Numbered from the stretch's first letter, positions 1 through 9,232 are shown. The stretch is 35,434 nucleotides of DNA from Candidatus Methylomirabilia bacterium (GCA_041496385.1 JBGQEL010000038.1:1-35434); one strand, 5' to 3'. Program-made: numbers and translations. The notes: generated from the letters alone by a model not told the origin.

Positions 1-141
1 ACACGCGAGGGCCACAGAGGGCTCAGGATCGAACTTCTCGAGGGGGGCTGCTATGTCAGCATCTCCCTCCGTGCCGTGAACTGAGGGTATGATGCCCTGC
101 CGTCGCGCTCAGCCAAGTTCAACAGCGAGCGGGACAACCCC
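1..141 (-). mobile_element. Probable terminal segment of an IS256-family insertion sequence; transposase would lie outside the window
   Basis: ABC ATPase homology stops abruptly at about 141. The minus strand there reads GGGGTTGTCCCGCTCGCTGTTGAACTT, which resembles IS256-type terminal inverted repeats as I recall them. The ATPase frame has a TGA at 82-84. The second IR, target duplication and transposase are not visible. Confidence 0.5.
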
Positions 142-528
142 TGGAAGCGCCCCCAGCAGCTCTCCGGGGGCATGCGCCAGCGCGTCGCCGTGGCGCGGGG
201 GCTCGCGATGAAGCCGAAGGTGCTGCTGATGGACGAGCCCTTCAGCGCGCTCGACGCGCTGACGCGCGCCAGCTGTCAGGATCTGCTGCTCCGCATCTGG
301 AGCGAGCACCGCTCGACCGTGATCCTGATCACCAACGACGTGGACGAGGCGATCCTCCTCGCGGACCGGATCTACCCGATGACCCCCGGCCCGGGCGCGG
401 TGCTCGGGCCCCCGATCGAGGTGGGGCTGCCCCGCCCGCGCGCGCGGCGGCACCTGAGTCTCGAGCCCGCCTACCAGAAGGCGCGCCAGGCGATCGTGGA
501 GTTCCTCAAGAGCAATCGGAGGGCCTGA
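142..528 (+). pseudogene. C-terminal half of a nitrate/sulfonate/bicarbonate ABC ATP-binding protein (NrtC/D-like), 5'-truncated
   Basis: The frame reads WKRPQQLSGGMRQRVAVARGL...LLMDEPFSALD (signature plus Walker B). There is no Walker A, and the upstream frame is non-homologous and closed by TGA at 82-84. Confidence 0.75.
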
Positions 529-530
529 CC

Positions 531-1298
531 GTGCCCGCGTTCGTCGAGATCGCGGCGCTCGGCAAGACCTACCCCACGCCCGCGGGCCCCGCGGTCATCG
601 TCCGCGACTTCAGCCTCTACGTGGGCGAGGGCGAGTTCGTCTGCCTCCTCGGCCACTCCGGCTGCGGCAAGACCACGGTGCTCTCGATCCTCATGGGGCT
701 GATCGCGCCGTCGAGTGGGGGCGTCGTCATCGGAGGGCGCGAGATCGACGGGCCCGGGACCGACCGCGGCGTCGTGTTCCAGTCGGCGACCCTCCTGCCG
801 TGGATGTCGGTGGCCGACAACGTGCGGCTCGCGCTCGGGCAGATCGGCGCGCCGGCGGCGCGCGCCGCCGACTATCTCGCCTCGGTCGGTCTCGCCGGCA
901 TGGGGGACCGCTACCCGCGCGAGCTCTCGGCCGGCATGCAGCAGCGCGTCGGGATCGCCCGCGCCTTCGCGCTCGAGCCGCGCCTCCTGCTGCTCGACGA
1001 GCCCTTCTCGCTCCTCGACGCGCTGACGCGCATGGAGCTCCAGGACGAGCTGATCGCGCTCTGGGAGGCCAGGCGGCGCACCGTCATCATGGTGACCCAC
1101 GACGTGGACGAGGCGCTCCTGCTCGCCGATCGCGTCGTGCTCATGACCAACGGGCCCGCCGCGACGATCGGCCGCATCCTCGACGTACCCTTCGCCCGGC
1201 CGCGGCGGCGCGAGGAGATCCTGACGCGCCCCGACTACTTCTGGCAGCGCGACTCGGTCGTCGGCTTCCTCGAGGAGCAGGCGCATGCCGCCGCCTGA
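531..1298 (+). CDS. nrtD: Nitrate ABC transporter ATP-binding protein
   Basis: Walker A GHSGCGKT, signature LSAGMQQR, LLLDEPF, H-loop VTHDVDE; GPGTDRGVVFQ is typical of NrtD; lies next to nitrate reductase. Confidence 0.85.
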   Translation: MPAFVEIAALGKTYPTPAGPAVIVRDFSLYVGEGEFVCLLGHSGCGKTTVLSILMGLIAPSSGGVVIGGREIDGPGTDRGVVFQSATLLPWMSVADNVRLALGQIGAPAARAADYLASVGLAGMGDRYPRELSAGMQQRVGIARAFALEPRLLLLDEPFSLLDALTRMELQDELIALWEARRRTVIMVTHDVDEALLLADRVVLMTNGPAATIGRILDVPFARPRRREEILTRPDYFWQRDSVVGFLEEQAHAAA

Positions 1299-3411
1299 CG
1301 CCTGGCGCGCCACGCTCTGCCCCTACTGCGGCGTCGGCTGCGGCCTCCTCGTCGAGGTCCGCGACGGCACGGTCACGCGCGTGAAGGGCGATCCGGCCCA
1401 CCCGGCGAACTTCGGCGACGTCTGCGCCAAGGCCGTGCACCTGCCGCCGGTCCTGAGAACGGCCGACCGCCTGCTCCACCCGATGCTCCGCGCGCGCCGC
1501 GACCGGCCGCTCGAGCGCGTGCCCTGGGAGCTGGCGCTGCGGCACGTCGCCGAGCGGATCCGCGCGATCGTCGAGGCCGACGGGCCCGACGCCGTCGCCG
1601 TTTATGCATCCGGCCAGCTCACGACGGAGGAGTACTACGTCGCCGGCAAGCTCGCCAAAGGCTTCCTGCGCACGAACAACCTCGACACGAACTCGCGCCT
1701 CTGCATGGCCTCCGCCGCCGCCGGCTACGCGCGCTCGCTCGGCGCCGACGGCCCGCCGGCCGCGTACGCCGACCTCGAGCTGGCCGACTGCTTCTTTCTG
1801 ATCGGGACCAACACGGCCGACTGCCACCCGATCACCTTCAAGCGCATCCGGAGGCGCAAGCTCGCGGCGCCCGACCAGGTGACCGTGATCGTGGCCGACC
1901 CGCGCTGGACGGAGACCGCGGACCTGGCCGATCTCCACCTCCCGCTCCGGCCGGGCTCGGACATCGCGCTGCTGAACTCGATGCTCCACGTGCTGTGGCG
2001 CGAGGGGCTGGTCGACGCGCGCTTCGTCGCGGCGCACACGACGGGCTGGGAGGCGCTGCGCGCCGTCGTGGAGGCCTATCCGCCCGAGCGCGGCGCCGCC
2101 CTGACCGGGCTGTCGCCCGAGATCATCGTCAGCGCCGCGCTCGGGTTCGGCCGCGCGCGCGCCGCGCTCAGCCTCTGGTCCATGGGCGTGAACCAGAGCC
2201 ACGTCGGCACCGACAAGAACGCGGCGATCCTGAACCTCCACCTGGCGGCCGGCCAGATCGGCCGCGCCGGCGCGGGGCCGTTCTCGCTCACCGGCCAGCC
2301 GAACGCCATGGGCGGACGCGAGACCGGCGGCCTCGCGCACCTCCTGCCGGGCTATCGCAGCGTGACGGACCCGGCCGCGCGCGCCGCCGTCGAGCGGGCC
2401 TGGGGTCTGGCGCCGGGCTCGATCGCGCCCCGGCCCGGGCGCGCGGCGCTCGAGATCTTCGAGGGCCTCGCGGCGGGGGAGGTGCGCGCCGTCTGGATCG
2501 TGTGCACGAACCCCGCCGCCTCCATGCCGGACCTCGACCGCGTCGAGAAGGCGCTGCGCCAGGCCGAGCTGGTCGTCGTGCAGGACGCCTACCACCCGAC
2601 CGAGACGACACGCTTCGCCGACGTGCTCCTGCCCGCCGCGCAGTGGCCCGAGAAGGACGGCGTCATGACCAACTCGGAGCGGCGGCTCACGTATCTGCCG
2701 AGACTCGTCGCGCCGCCCGGCGAGGCGCTCCCCGACGCCGAGATCCTCGTGCGCTTCGCGCGCGAGATGGGGTGGAAGGAGGCGTTCCCGTACGCGGGCG
2801 CCGCCGAGATCTTCGACGAGTTCGCCGCGCTCACCGCCGGGACCGCGTGCGACTACTCCGGCCTGACGCACGCGCGCCTCGCCGCCGAGGGGCCGCTCCA
2901 GTGGCCGGTGCCCGGGCCCACGCACCCCGGGACGGCGCGCCTCTACACCGACGGTCGGTTCCCGACGCCGGACGGCCGGGCGCGCTTCGTGCCGGTCGAG
3001 CACGCCGAGCCCGTCGAGCCGCCCGACGCGGCCTATCCGCTCGTCCTCACGACGGGGCGCACGCGCGACCACTGGCACACGCTGACGCGCACCGGGAAAT
3101 CGCCGGCGCTCGCGTCGCGCTCGCCCGAGCCCCTGCTCGAGGTCAACCTGCTCGATGCCCGGCGCGCGCGGCTCCAGGACGGGGACTTCGTCGAGATCAC
3201 CTCGCGGCGCGGCAAGGCGATCGCGCAGTGCCGCGTCAGCGCCGCGATCCGGGAGGGCACCTGCTTCCTGCCGTTCCACTGGGGCCGCGAGGCCGGCTTC
3301 TACAAGAGCGCCAACAACCTGACGCTCGCGGCGCGCGACCCGCTGTCGCGGCAGCCCGAGCTGAAGGCCTGCGCCGTGCGCCTGCGGCGCGTGGCGGGAG
3401 CGGGCGCGTGA
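1285..3411 (+). CDS. narB: Assimilatory nitrate reductase, Mo-bisPGD, NarB/NasA type
   Basis: CPYCGVGC...C 4Fe-4S motif, DTNSRLCMASA, GQPNAMGGRE, C-terminal molybdopterin-dinucleotide domain ending QPELKACAV; no export signal. Confidence 0.9.
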   Translation: MPPPDAWRATLCPYCGVGCGLLVEVRDGTVTRVKGDPAHPANFGDVCAKAVHLPPVLRTADRLLHPMLRARRDRPLERVPWELALRHVAERIRAIVEADGPDAVAVYASGQLTTEEYYVAGKLAKGFLRTNNLDTNSRLCMASAAAGYARSLGADGPPAAYADLELADCFFLIGTNTADCHPITFKRIRRRKLAAPDQVTVIVADPRWTETADLADLHLPLRPGSDIALLNSMLHVLWREGLVDARFVAAHTTGWEALRAVVEAYPPERGAALTGLSPEIIVSAALGFGRARAALSLWSMGVNQSHVGTDKNAAILNLHLAAGQIGRAGAGPFSLTGQPNAMGGRETGGLAHLLPGYRSVTDPAARAAVERAWGLAPGSIAPRPGRAALEIFEGLAAGEVRAVWIVCTNPAASMPDLDRVEKALRQAELVVVQDAYHPTETTRFADVLLPAAQWPEKDGVMTNSERRLTYLPRLVAPPGEALPDAEILVRFAREMGWKEAFPYAGAAEIFDEFAALTAGTACDYSGLTHARLAAEGPLQWPVPGPTHPGTARLYTDGRFPTPDGRARFVPVEHAEPVEPPDAAYPLVLTTGRTRDHWHTLTRTGKSPALASRSPEPLLEVNLLDARRARLQDGDFVEITSRRGKAIAQCRVSAAIREGTCFLPFHWGREAGFYKSANNLTLAARDPLSRQPELKACAVRLRRVAGAGA

Positions 3412-4910
3412 ACCGGATCGAGGCGCTCAAGACCGAGCGCGACGGGCTCGACGTCTCCGAGGACCTGGTGCGGTTCGCGCGCGAGGGCTGGCGGACGATC
3501 GCCGAGGACGACAAGGAGCGGCTCAAGTGGGTCGGCGTGTTTCACCGTCGGCCCACGCCGGGCCACTTCATGATGCGGATCCGGATGCCGAACGGGATCG
3601 TGAGCGCCGCGCAGGCGCGCCTCCTGGGCGAGATCACGCGGCAGACCGGCCGCAACATCGCCGACGTCACGACACGCCAGCAGGTGCAGCTGCGCTGGCT
3701 CACCATCGAGGGCGTGCCGGAGGTCATCGCGCGGCTCGAGGCGGCGGGGCTCTCGAGCCTGCAGACGGGCATGGACAACATCCGGGGCATCATCGGCTGC
3801 GCGGCGACCGGGCTCACGCCCGGCGAGCTCTTCGACACCGCCCCGATCGCCCGCGAGTTCCAGCGGATCTTCCTCGGCAACAAGGCGTTCACGAACCTGC
3901 CGCGGAAGTTCAACGTCACGATCACGGGCTGCCGCGAGCACTGCACGGGGGGCGAGACCCAGGACATCTCGATGACGCCCGCGCTCGCCCAGCTCGCCGG
4001 CGCCGAGGTCGCCGGGCTCAACGTCGCCGTGGGCGGCAAGCAGGGCTCGGGCGGGCCCGTGTTCGCCGAGCCCCTCGACGCCTTCGTCCGGCCCGAGGAG
4101 GCGGCGGAGGTCTGCGCCGCGATCGCGCTCCTGTTCCGCGATCACGGGCCCCGCGAGGCGCGCGGCCGCGCGCGGCTGGCCTTCCTCGTGGAGGACTGGG
4201 GCGCCGAGCGCTTCAGGAAGGAGCTCGAGGCCCGGCTCGGGCGGCCGCTGCCGCCGGCGGGACGCGACGCGCGCGGCGCCTCGGCGAGCGACCACGTCGG
4301 GATCTACCGGCAGCGCGAGCCGGGACTGAGCTACGTCGGCCTCAAGACGCCGGTCGGGCGCGTGACGGGCGACCAGCTCGTCGAGCTGGCGCGGCTCAGC
4401 GAGCGCTACGGGGGCGGCGAGCTCCGCTTCACGCCGACGCAGAACGTGTTGCTGCCCCACGTCCCGGACTCCATCCTCGGCGACCTCACCCAGGAGCCGC
4501 TCCTGAAGGAGCTGCCGTACAACCCGTCCGAGGTGCAGCGCGGCCTCGTCGCGTGCACGGGCACCGACTTCTGCAACCTGGCGCTCATCGACACGAAGAC
4601 GCGCGCGCTCGCGCTCGCGCGCGAGTTCGAGCAGCGCCTCGGGCGGACGCGCCCCATCACGGTGCGCTGGTCGGGCTGTCCCGCCTCGTGCGGCAACCAC
4701 CACACGGCGGACGTGGGCCTGCAGGGCTGCAAGGTGAAGGTGGACGGCAAGATCGTGGACGGCGTCCACGTCTTCGTCGGCGGGCGGGGGGGCGCCGACG
4801 CGCGCGCGGGCGTGCGGATCCTGGAGGACGTGCCCTGCGACGAGCTGCCCCAGGTGCTCGAGCGCCTCGTGCGGTTCTTCCCGCGCCGCGAGCGGAAGGA
4901 GGAGGGGTGA
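3408..4910 (+). CDS. nirA: Ferredoxin-nitrite reductase (siroheme, 4Fe-4S)
   Basis: GTG start overlaps the narB stop (GTGA). Motifs FMMRIRMPNG, TTRQQVQLR, NLPRKFN, CTGTDFC and GCPASC. Confidence 0.9.
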   Translation: MNRIEALKTERDGLDVSEDLVRFAREGWRTIAEDDKERLKWVGVFHRRPTPGHFMMRIRMPNGIVSAAQARLLGEITRQTGRNIADVTTRQQVQLRWLTIEGVPEVIARLEAAGLSSLQTGMDNIRGIIGCAATGLTPGELFDTAPIAREFQRIFLGNKAFTNLPRKFNVTITGCREHCTGGETQDISMTPALAQLAGAEVAGLNVAVGGKQGSGGPVFAEPLDAFVRPEEAAEVCAAIALLFRDHGPREARGRARLAFLVEDWGAERFRKELEARLGRPLPPAGRDARGASASDHVGIYRQREPGLSYVGLKTPVGRVTGDQLVELARLSERYGGGELRFTPTQNVLLPHVPDSILGDLTQEPLLKELPYNPSEVQRGLVACTGTDFCNLALIDTKTRALALAREFEQRLGRTRPITVRWSGCPASCGNHHTADVGLQGCKVKVDGKIVDGVHVFVGGRGGADARAGVRILEDVPCDELPQVLERLVRFFPRRERKEEG

Positions 4911-5686
4911 GCCGTCACGTCCTCGTCTCCTTCATCGGCGCCGGTCCGGGCGATCCCGAGCTGATCACGCTCAAGGGCCTCCGCCGGCTCCGCGAGGCCG
5001 AGGTTCTGCTCCACGACCGGCTCGTCCCCGAGGGGCTTCTCGTCGAGGCGCCGCCGGGCGCGGCCGTCGTCGACGTCGGCAAGACGCCGGGGCGGGCCTG
5101 CCTCGGCCAGGCCCACATCAACTGGCTCCTCGTGGACTGGGCGCGGCGCCGCGAGCGCATCGTGCGGCTCAAGGGTGGCGATCCCGCGATCTTCGGGCGT
5201 CTGGGCGAGGAGATCGAGGCCGTCCGGGCGGCCGGCATCCCCTTCGAGGTCGTCCCCGGCGTCACCGCCGCGACGGCGGCGGCCGCGCGCGTGGGGATCT
5301 CGCTCACCGAGCGCGGGGCCGCGTCGGCGGTGGTCTTCGCGACGGGCACCGACTACACGGGCCAGCATCCCGCCGCGCTCGACTGGAACCTGCTCGCGCG
5401 CGTCGAGGGGACGCTCGTGTTCTACATGCCGGTGGGCTCGCTCGACACGATCACCACCTCGCTGACCGCGCTCGGGCGCGACCCGCGGGAACCCGCCATA
5501 TTGATCGAGCGCGCGGGGACGGAGGCCGAGCGCGTGCTCGCCGGCCGCCTCGGCGAGATCGCCGAGGACGCCCGCGCGGCCGGGCTCGTCGCGCCCGCGG
5601 TCCTCGTCACGGGCCCGACGGTCGCCACGGCGTCGGTGCCGCTCTCCGTCCGGCGCGTGCCGGCGGGGGCCGGCGTGCACGCGTGA
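4907..5686 (+). CDS. cobA: Uroporphyrinogen-III C-methyltransferase (siroheme synthesis)
   Basis: GAGPGDPELITLKG, VRLKGGDP, VPGVTAA; GTGA overlap with nirA and GGAGG upstream. Confidence 0.9.
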   Translation: MSRHVLVSFIGAGPGDPELITLKGLRRLREAEVLLHDRLVPEGLLVEAPPGAAVVDVGKTPGRACLGQAHINWLLVDWARRRERIVRLKGGDPAIFGRLGEEIEAVRAAGIPFEVVPGVTAATAAAARVGISLTERGAASAVVFATGTDYTGQHPAALDWNLLARVEGTLVFYMPVGSLDTITTSLTALGRDPREPAILIERAGTEAERVLAGRLGEIAEDARAAGLVAPAVLVTGPTVATASVPLSVRRVPAGAGVHA

Positions 5687-6291
5687 GCGACTACTTCGGG
5701 GCGTTCCTCCGGCTGCGCGGCCGGCGCTGCCTCGTCGTCGGCGGGGGCGCGATCGGCGAACGGAAGGCGCGCGACCTGCTCCGCGCCGGCGCGGCCGTCA
5801 CGCTGGTGAGCCCCGCGCTGACGCCCGGTCTCGCGGCCCTCACGCGGGCCGGCGCGATCGCCCACCGGTCGCGAACGTTCCGGGGCGCGGACGCGCGCGG
5901 TGCCACGCTCGTGATCGCGGCGACCGGCATCGCGGACGTGGACACGACGGTGGCGGCCGCGGCGCGGCGCCACAAGAGCCTCGTCAACGTCGTCGACCGC
6001 CCCGCGGCGTGCGACGTCATCCTGCCGTCGGTCCTCCGGCGCGGGCGGCTGCAGATCGCGGTGTCGACGGGCGGCGCCAGTCCCGCCCTCGCGCGCGAGA
6101 TCCGCAAGCGGCTCGAGGCCGTCATCGGGCCGGAGTACGCGGAGCTGGTCGCGCGGGTGGGCCGCGAGCGCGCGCGCGCCCGCCGGCTCGCCGCAACCAC
6201 GCGTGATAGACTCGCCGCCGGCGAGCGCGTCGTCGCGCAGGCGCTCGCGAGCTTCGGGGCCGTGCGCGCGCCGTTCACAGCGTCACCATGA
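5683..6291 (+). CDS. sirC: Precorrin-2 dehydrogenase / sirohydrochlorin ferrochelatase (CysG N-terminal / SirC-like)
   Basis: LVVGGGAIGERK Rossmann motif, VNVVDRP, IAVSTGGASPALA. Confidence 0.85.
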   Translation: MSDYFGAFLRLRGRRCLVVGGGAIGERKARDLLRAGAAVTLVSPALTPGLAALTRAGAIAHRSRTFRGADARGATLVIAATGIADVDTTVAAAARRHKSLVNVVDRPAACDVILPSVLRRGRLQIAVSTGGASPALAREIRKRLEAVIGPEYAELVARVGRERARARRLAATTRDRLAAGERVVAQALASFGAVRAPFTASP

Positions 6292-6302
6292 GGGGAGCGG
6301 GT

Positions 6303-7724
6303 ATGTCGAGCGATCAGGACGTCGAAGCGCAGGACACGGGTGTGAACGAAGGACGGCGTGAGTTCCTGAAGGGCGCGCTGACGGCGGGCGGCGTGGCCGC
6401 GGCGCTGGGCGCGGGCGCCGTCGGCGTCTCGTCCGTCACGACGGCCGACGCCCAGCCTGGCATGGTGCCCGGCGCGCAGAACCACTACTACGTGCCGGCC
6501 ACCGACAAGACGGTCCACTGGGGCTACTTCAGCAAGCTGCTCAAGCCGCAGGTCGAGGTGAACTCCGGCGACTTCGTCACGATCGAGGCCCTGACGCATC
6601 ACGCGAACGACGACGCCGAACGCATGGTGAAGGGCGATCCGGGCGCCGAGAGCGTCTTCTACTGGGACAAGCAGCGGAAGGGCGTGGACCGGCGCGGCGC
6701 GGGGCCGATGCAGCCGACGCTCTTCGGCCGCGGCGCGGGCGAGGGCCTCGGCGTCCACATCTGCACGGGCCCGGTCGGCGTGCGCGGCGCCCAGCCCGGC
6801 GACGTCCTCGAGGTGCGGATCGTCGACGTGAAGCCCCGGCCGTGCGCGAATCCCGTGTACAAGGGCAAGAGCTTCGGAAGCAACGCCGCCGCGTGGTGGG
6901 GCTTCCACTACAAGGACCTCCTCACCGACCCGAAGCCGCGCGAGGTGATCACGATCTACGAGGTGGACCCGAGCGGGGAGCGGAACTGGGCGCAGGGCGT
7001 CTACAACTTCCGCTGGACGCCGCAGACCGATCCCTTCGGCGTCGTCCACAAGATCATCGACTACCCCGGTGTGCCGGTGGACCACAAGACGGTACAGGAG
7101 AACCACGGAATTCTGAAAAATGTCCGCGTGCCCATCCGGCCGCACTTCGGCGTGCTCGGCCTGGCGCCCGCCGAGGCCGACATCGTCGACTCCATCCCGC
7201 CGCACTACGTCGGCGGCAACATCGACGACTGGCGCATCGGCAAGGGCGCGACGATGTACTACCCGGTGGCCGTGCCGGGCGGGCTCCTGTCCGCGGGCGA
7301 CTCGCACGCCTCGCAGGGCGATTCGGAGCTCTGCGGGACCGCGATCGAGTGCTCGCTCACCGGGACGTTCCAGCTCATCCTCCACAAGAAGGACGCGCTC
7401 GCGGGCACGGCGCTCGCGGGGCTCGACTACCCGCTCCTCGCCACGCAGGACGAGTGGGTGCTCCACGGCTTCTCCTACCCGAAGTACCTCTCGGAGCTCG
7501 GCGCGGAGGCGCAGAGCAAGATCTACGAGAAGTCGTCGATCGATCTCGCGATGAAGGACGCCTTCAAGAAGATGCGGCGCTTCCTCATGACGACGAAGGG
7601 GCTCAGCGAGGACGAGGCGATCTCGCTCTGCTCGATCGCGGTCGACTTCGGGATCACCCAGGTCGTGGACGGCAACTGGGGCGTCCACGCGATCATCAAG
7701 AAGAGCATTTTCGCGGGCGGCTAG
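6303..7724 (+). CDS. Acetamidase/formamidase family protein with twin-arginine signal peptide (alternative start 6288)
   Basis: TVHWGYF, HICTGPV, GGNID, GDSHASQGDSE motifs. N-terminal GRREFLKG, hydrophobic stretch and ADA site. GGGGAG precedes ATG 6303. Confidence 0.85.
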   Translation: MSSDQDVEAQDTGVNEGRREFLKGALTAGGVAAALGAGAVGVSSVTTADAQPGMVPGAQNHYYVPATDKTVHWGYFSKLLKPQVEVNSGDFVTIEALTHHANDDAERMVKGDPGAESVFYWDKQRKGVDRRGAGPMQPTLFGRGAGEGLGVHICTGPVGVRGAQPGDVLEVRIVDVKPRPCANPVYKGKSFGSNAAAWWGFHYKDLLTDPKPREVITIYEVDPSGERNWAQGVYNFRWTPQTDPFGVVHKIIDYPGVPVDHKTVQENHGILKNVRVPIRPHFGVLGLAPAEADIVDSIPPHYVGGNIDDWRIGKGATMYYPVAVPGGLLSAGDSHASQGDSELCGTAIECSLTGTFQLILHKKDALAGTALAGLDYPLLATQDEWVLHGFSYPKYLSELGAEAQSKIYEKSSIDLAMKDAFKKMRRFLMTTKGLSEDEAISLCSIAVDFGITQVVDGNWGVHAIIKKSIFAGG

Positions 7725-7737
7725 CCCTCGGCGCGGG

Positions 7738-7893
7738 CGGGGCGCGCGCGGGGGCGGGGTGGGGGGCGGCGCGACCACGCGGCTGGAGTGCGCCGTCCCG
7801 GGGCGGATGGGCTCCATCCGGGCGCGCCACGTCCGTTGTCGCGCGGCGGGAACGAGTCCCGCCGCCCCCCACCCCGCCCCCGCGCGCGCCCCG
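7738..7893. repeat. 34-bp perfect inverted repeat (7738-7771 / 7860-7893) with 88-bp spacer; REP/MITE-like
   Basis: CGGGGCGCGCGCGGGGGCGGGGTGGGGGGCGGCG and its exact reverse complement; inner hairpin CGGATGG-GCT-CCATCCG at 7804-7820. Confidence 0.9.
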
Positions 7894-7982
7894 GCGCGGA
7901 CGCGAGCCGCCCGTGCACCCCTTTCCGGAGAACCGCGCGCGGGTCCGCGGGACATCGTGGGGCGTCGGGTTGGTTGCTGTCG

Positions 7983-7988
7983 TACAAT
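7983..7988 (+). promoter_or_regulatory. -10 element of a probable leaderless gdh transcript
   Basis: TACAAT followed by 7 nt then ATG 7996; no Shine-Dalgarno sequence. Confidence 0.65.
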
Positions 7989-7995
7989 CGCGGCG

Positions 7996-9228
7996 ATGTC
8001 GGGCTTCGAGGAGGTCAACTACTACTTCCGCAAGGCCGCGCGCGTGATGGATCTCTCGGCGCACGTCGAGCGGATGCTCGTGACGCCCTTCCGCGAGGTC
8101 AAGGTGGACGTATCCATCACGCTCGACAACGGCGAGCTCGGCACGTTCATCGGGTATCGCGTCCAGCACGACAAGAGCCGGGGCCCGATGAAGGGCGGCC
8201 TGCGCTACCACCCGACGGTCGACATGGACGAGGCGCTCGGCCTCGCCTCGCTGATGACGTGGAAGACCGCCGTCGTGAACCTGCCCTACGGCGGCGCCAA
8301 GGGCGGGATCGCGGTGGACCCCGACACGCTCTCGCCGCGCGAGCTCGAACGGCTCACGCGGCGCTTCGTCGCGCAGATCCACGACATCATCGGGCCGCAA
8401 ACGGACATCCCGGCGCCCGACGTCAACACGAACGCGCAGGTGATGGCGTGGATCATGGACGAGTACTCGAAGATCCACGGCTTCTCGCCGGCCGTCGTGA
8501 CGGGCAAGCCGGTCGACCTCTTCGGCTCGAAGGGGCGGGAGGAGGCGACGGGGCGCGGCGTCGTGTTCGCGCTGGAGGAGTACCTCGCGGACGCCGGGCT
8601 CGGCGAGGTGCGGGGCAAGACCTTCGCCGTCCAGGGCTTCGGCAACGTCGGCTCCTGGGCAGCACGATTCCTGCACGAGCGCGGCGGCAGGATCGTCGCC
8701 GTGGCGGATGCCAAGGGCGGCGCCCGGAGCCCCGAGGGGCTCGACATCCCGAAGCTCGTCGAGCACGTCCGGCGGACGAGGACCGTGTCGGGCTTTCCGG
8801 GGGCGGACGCGATCACGAGCGAGGAGCTGCTCGTCCTGGACGTCGACGTGCTGGTGCCCGCGGCGCTCGGCGGCGTCATCACCGAGGCCAACGCCAAGGA
8901 TCTGCGGGCCCGCATCGTGCTCGAGGCCGCCAACGCGCCGACGACGCCGACGGCGGACGAGATCCTGGCCCAGCGCGGCGTCACGGTGCTGCCGGACATC
9001 TACGTGAACGCCGGCGGCGTGACGGTGTCCTACTTCGAGTGGGCGCAGAACATCCAGCAGTTCACCTGGGAAGAGGAGAAGATCGCCGCCGAGCTCCAGC
9101 GCCACATGCGCGAGGCCTACACGACGCTCGCGCGCCTCGTGCGCGAGCGCAAGGTCTCCTTCCGCACCGCGGCGTTCATCGTCGCGATCGGCCGGGTCGG
9201 CCGCGCGACCGTCCTGCGAGGCGTGTGA
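7996..9228 (+). CDS. gdhA: Glutamate dehydrogenase (Glu/Leu/Phe/Val family)
   Basis: GPMKGGLRYHP, MTWK, GGAKGG, PAPDVNT, REEATGRG, VQGFGNVG, NAGGVTVSYFEW. Confidence 0.92.
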   Translation: MSGFEEVNYYFRKAARVMDLSAHVERMLVTPFREVKVDVSITLDNGELGTFIGYRVQHDKSRGPMKGGLRYHPTVDMDEALGLASLMTWKTAVVNLPYGGAKGGIAVDPDTLSPRELERLTRRFVAQIHDIIGPQTDIPAPDVNTNAQVMAWIMDEYSKIHGFSPAVVTGKPVDLFGSKGREEATGRGVVFALEEYLADAGLGEVRGKTFAVQGFGNVGSWAARFLHERGGRIVAVADAKGGARSPEGLDIPKLVEHVRRTRTVSGFPGADAITSEELLVLDVDVLVPAALGGVITEANAKDLRARIVLEAANAPTTPTADEILAQRGVTVLPDIYVNAGGVTVSYFEWAQNIQQFTWEEEKIAAELQRHMREAYTTLARLVRERKVSFRTAAFIVAIGRVGRATVLRGV

Positions 9229-9232
9229 GACC

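Noticed and set aside
1995..5686. Apparent long N-terminal extensions on nirA and cobA (likewise gdh, meaB, fprA, the GAF-ATPase, the deacetylase and fdh)
   Set aside because: ORF-caller artefacts; homology begins at internal starts that overlap the previous stop or follow a -10 or ribosome-binding site.
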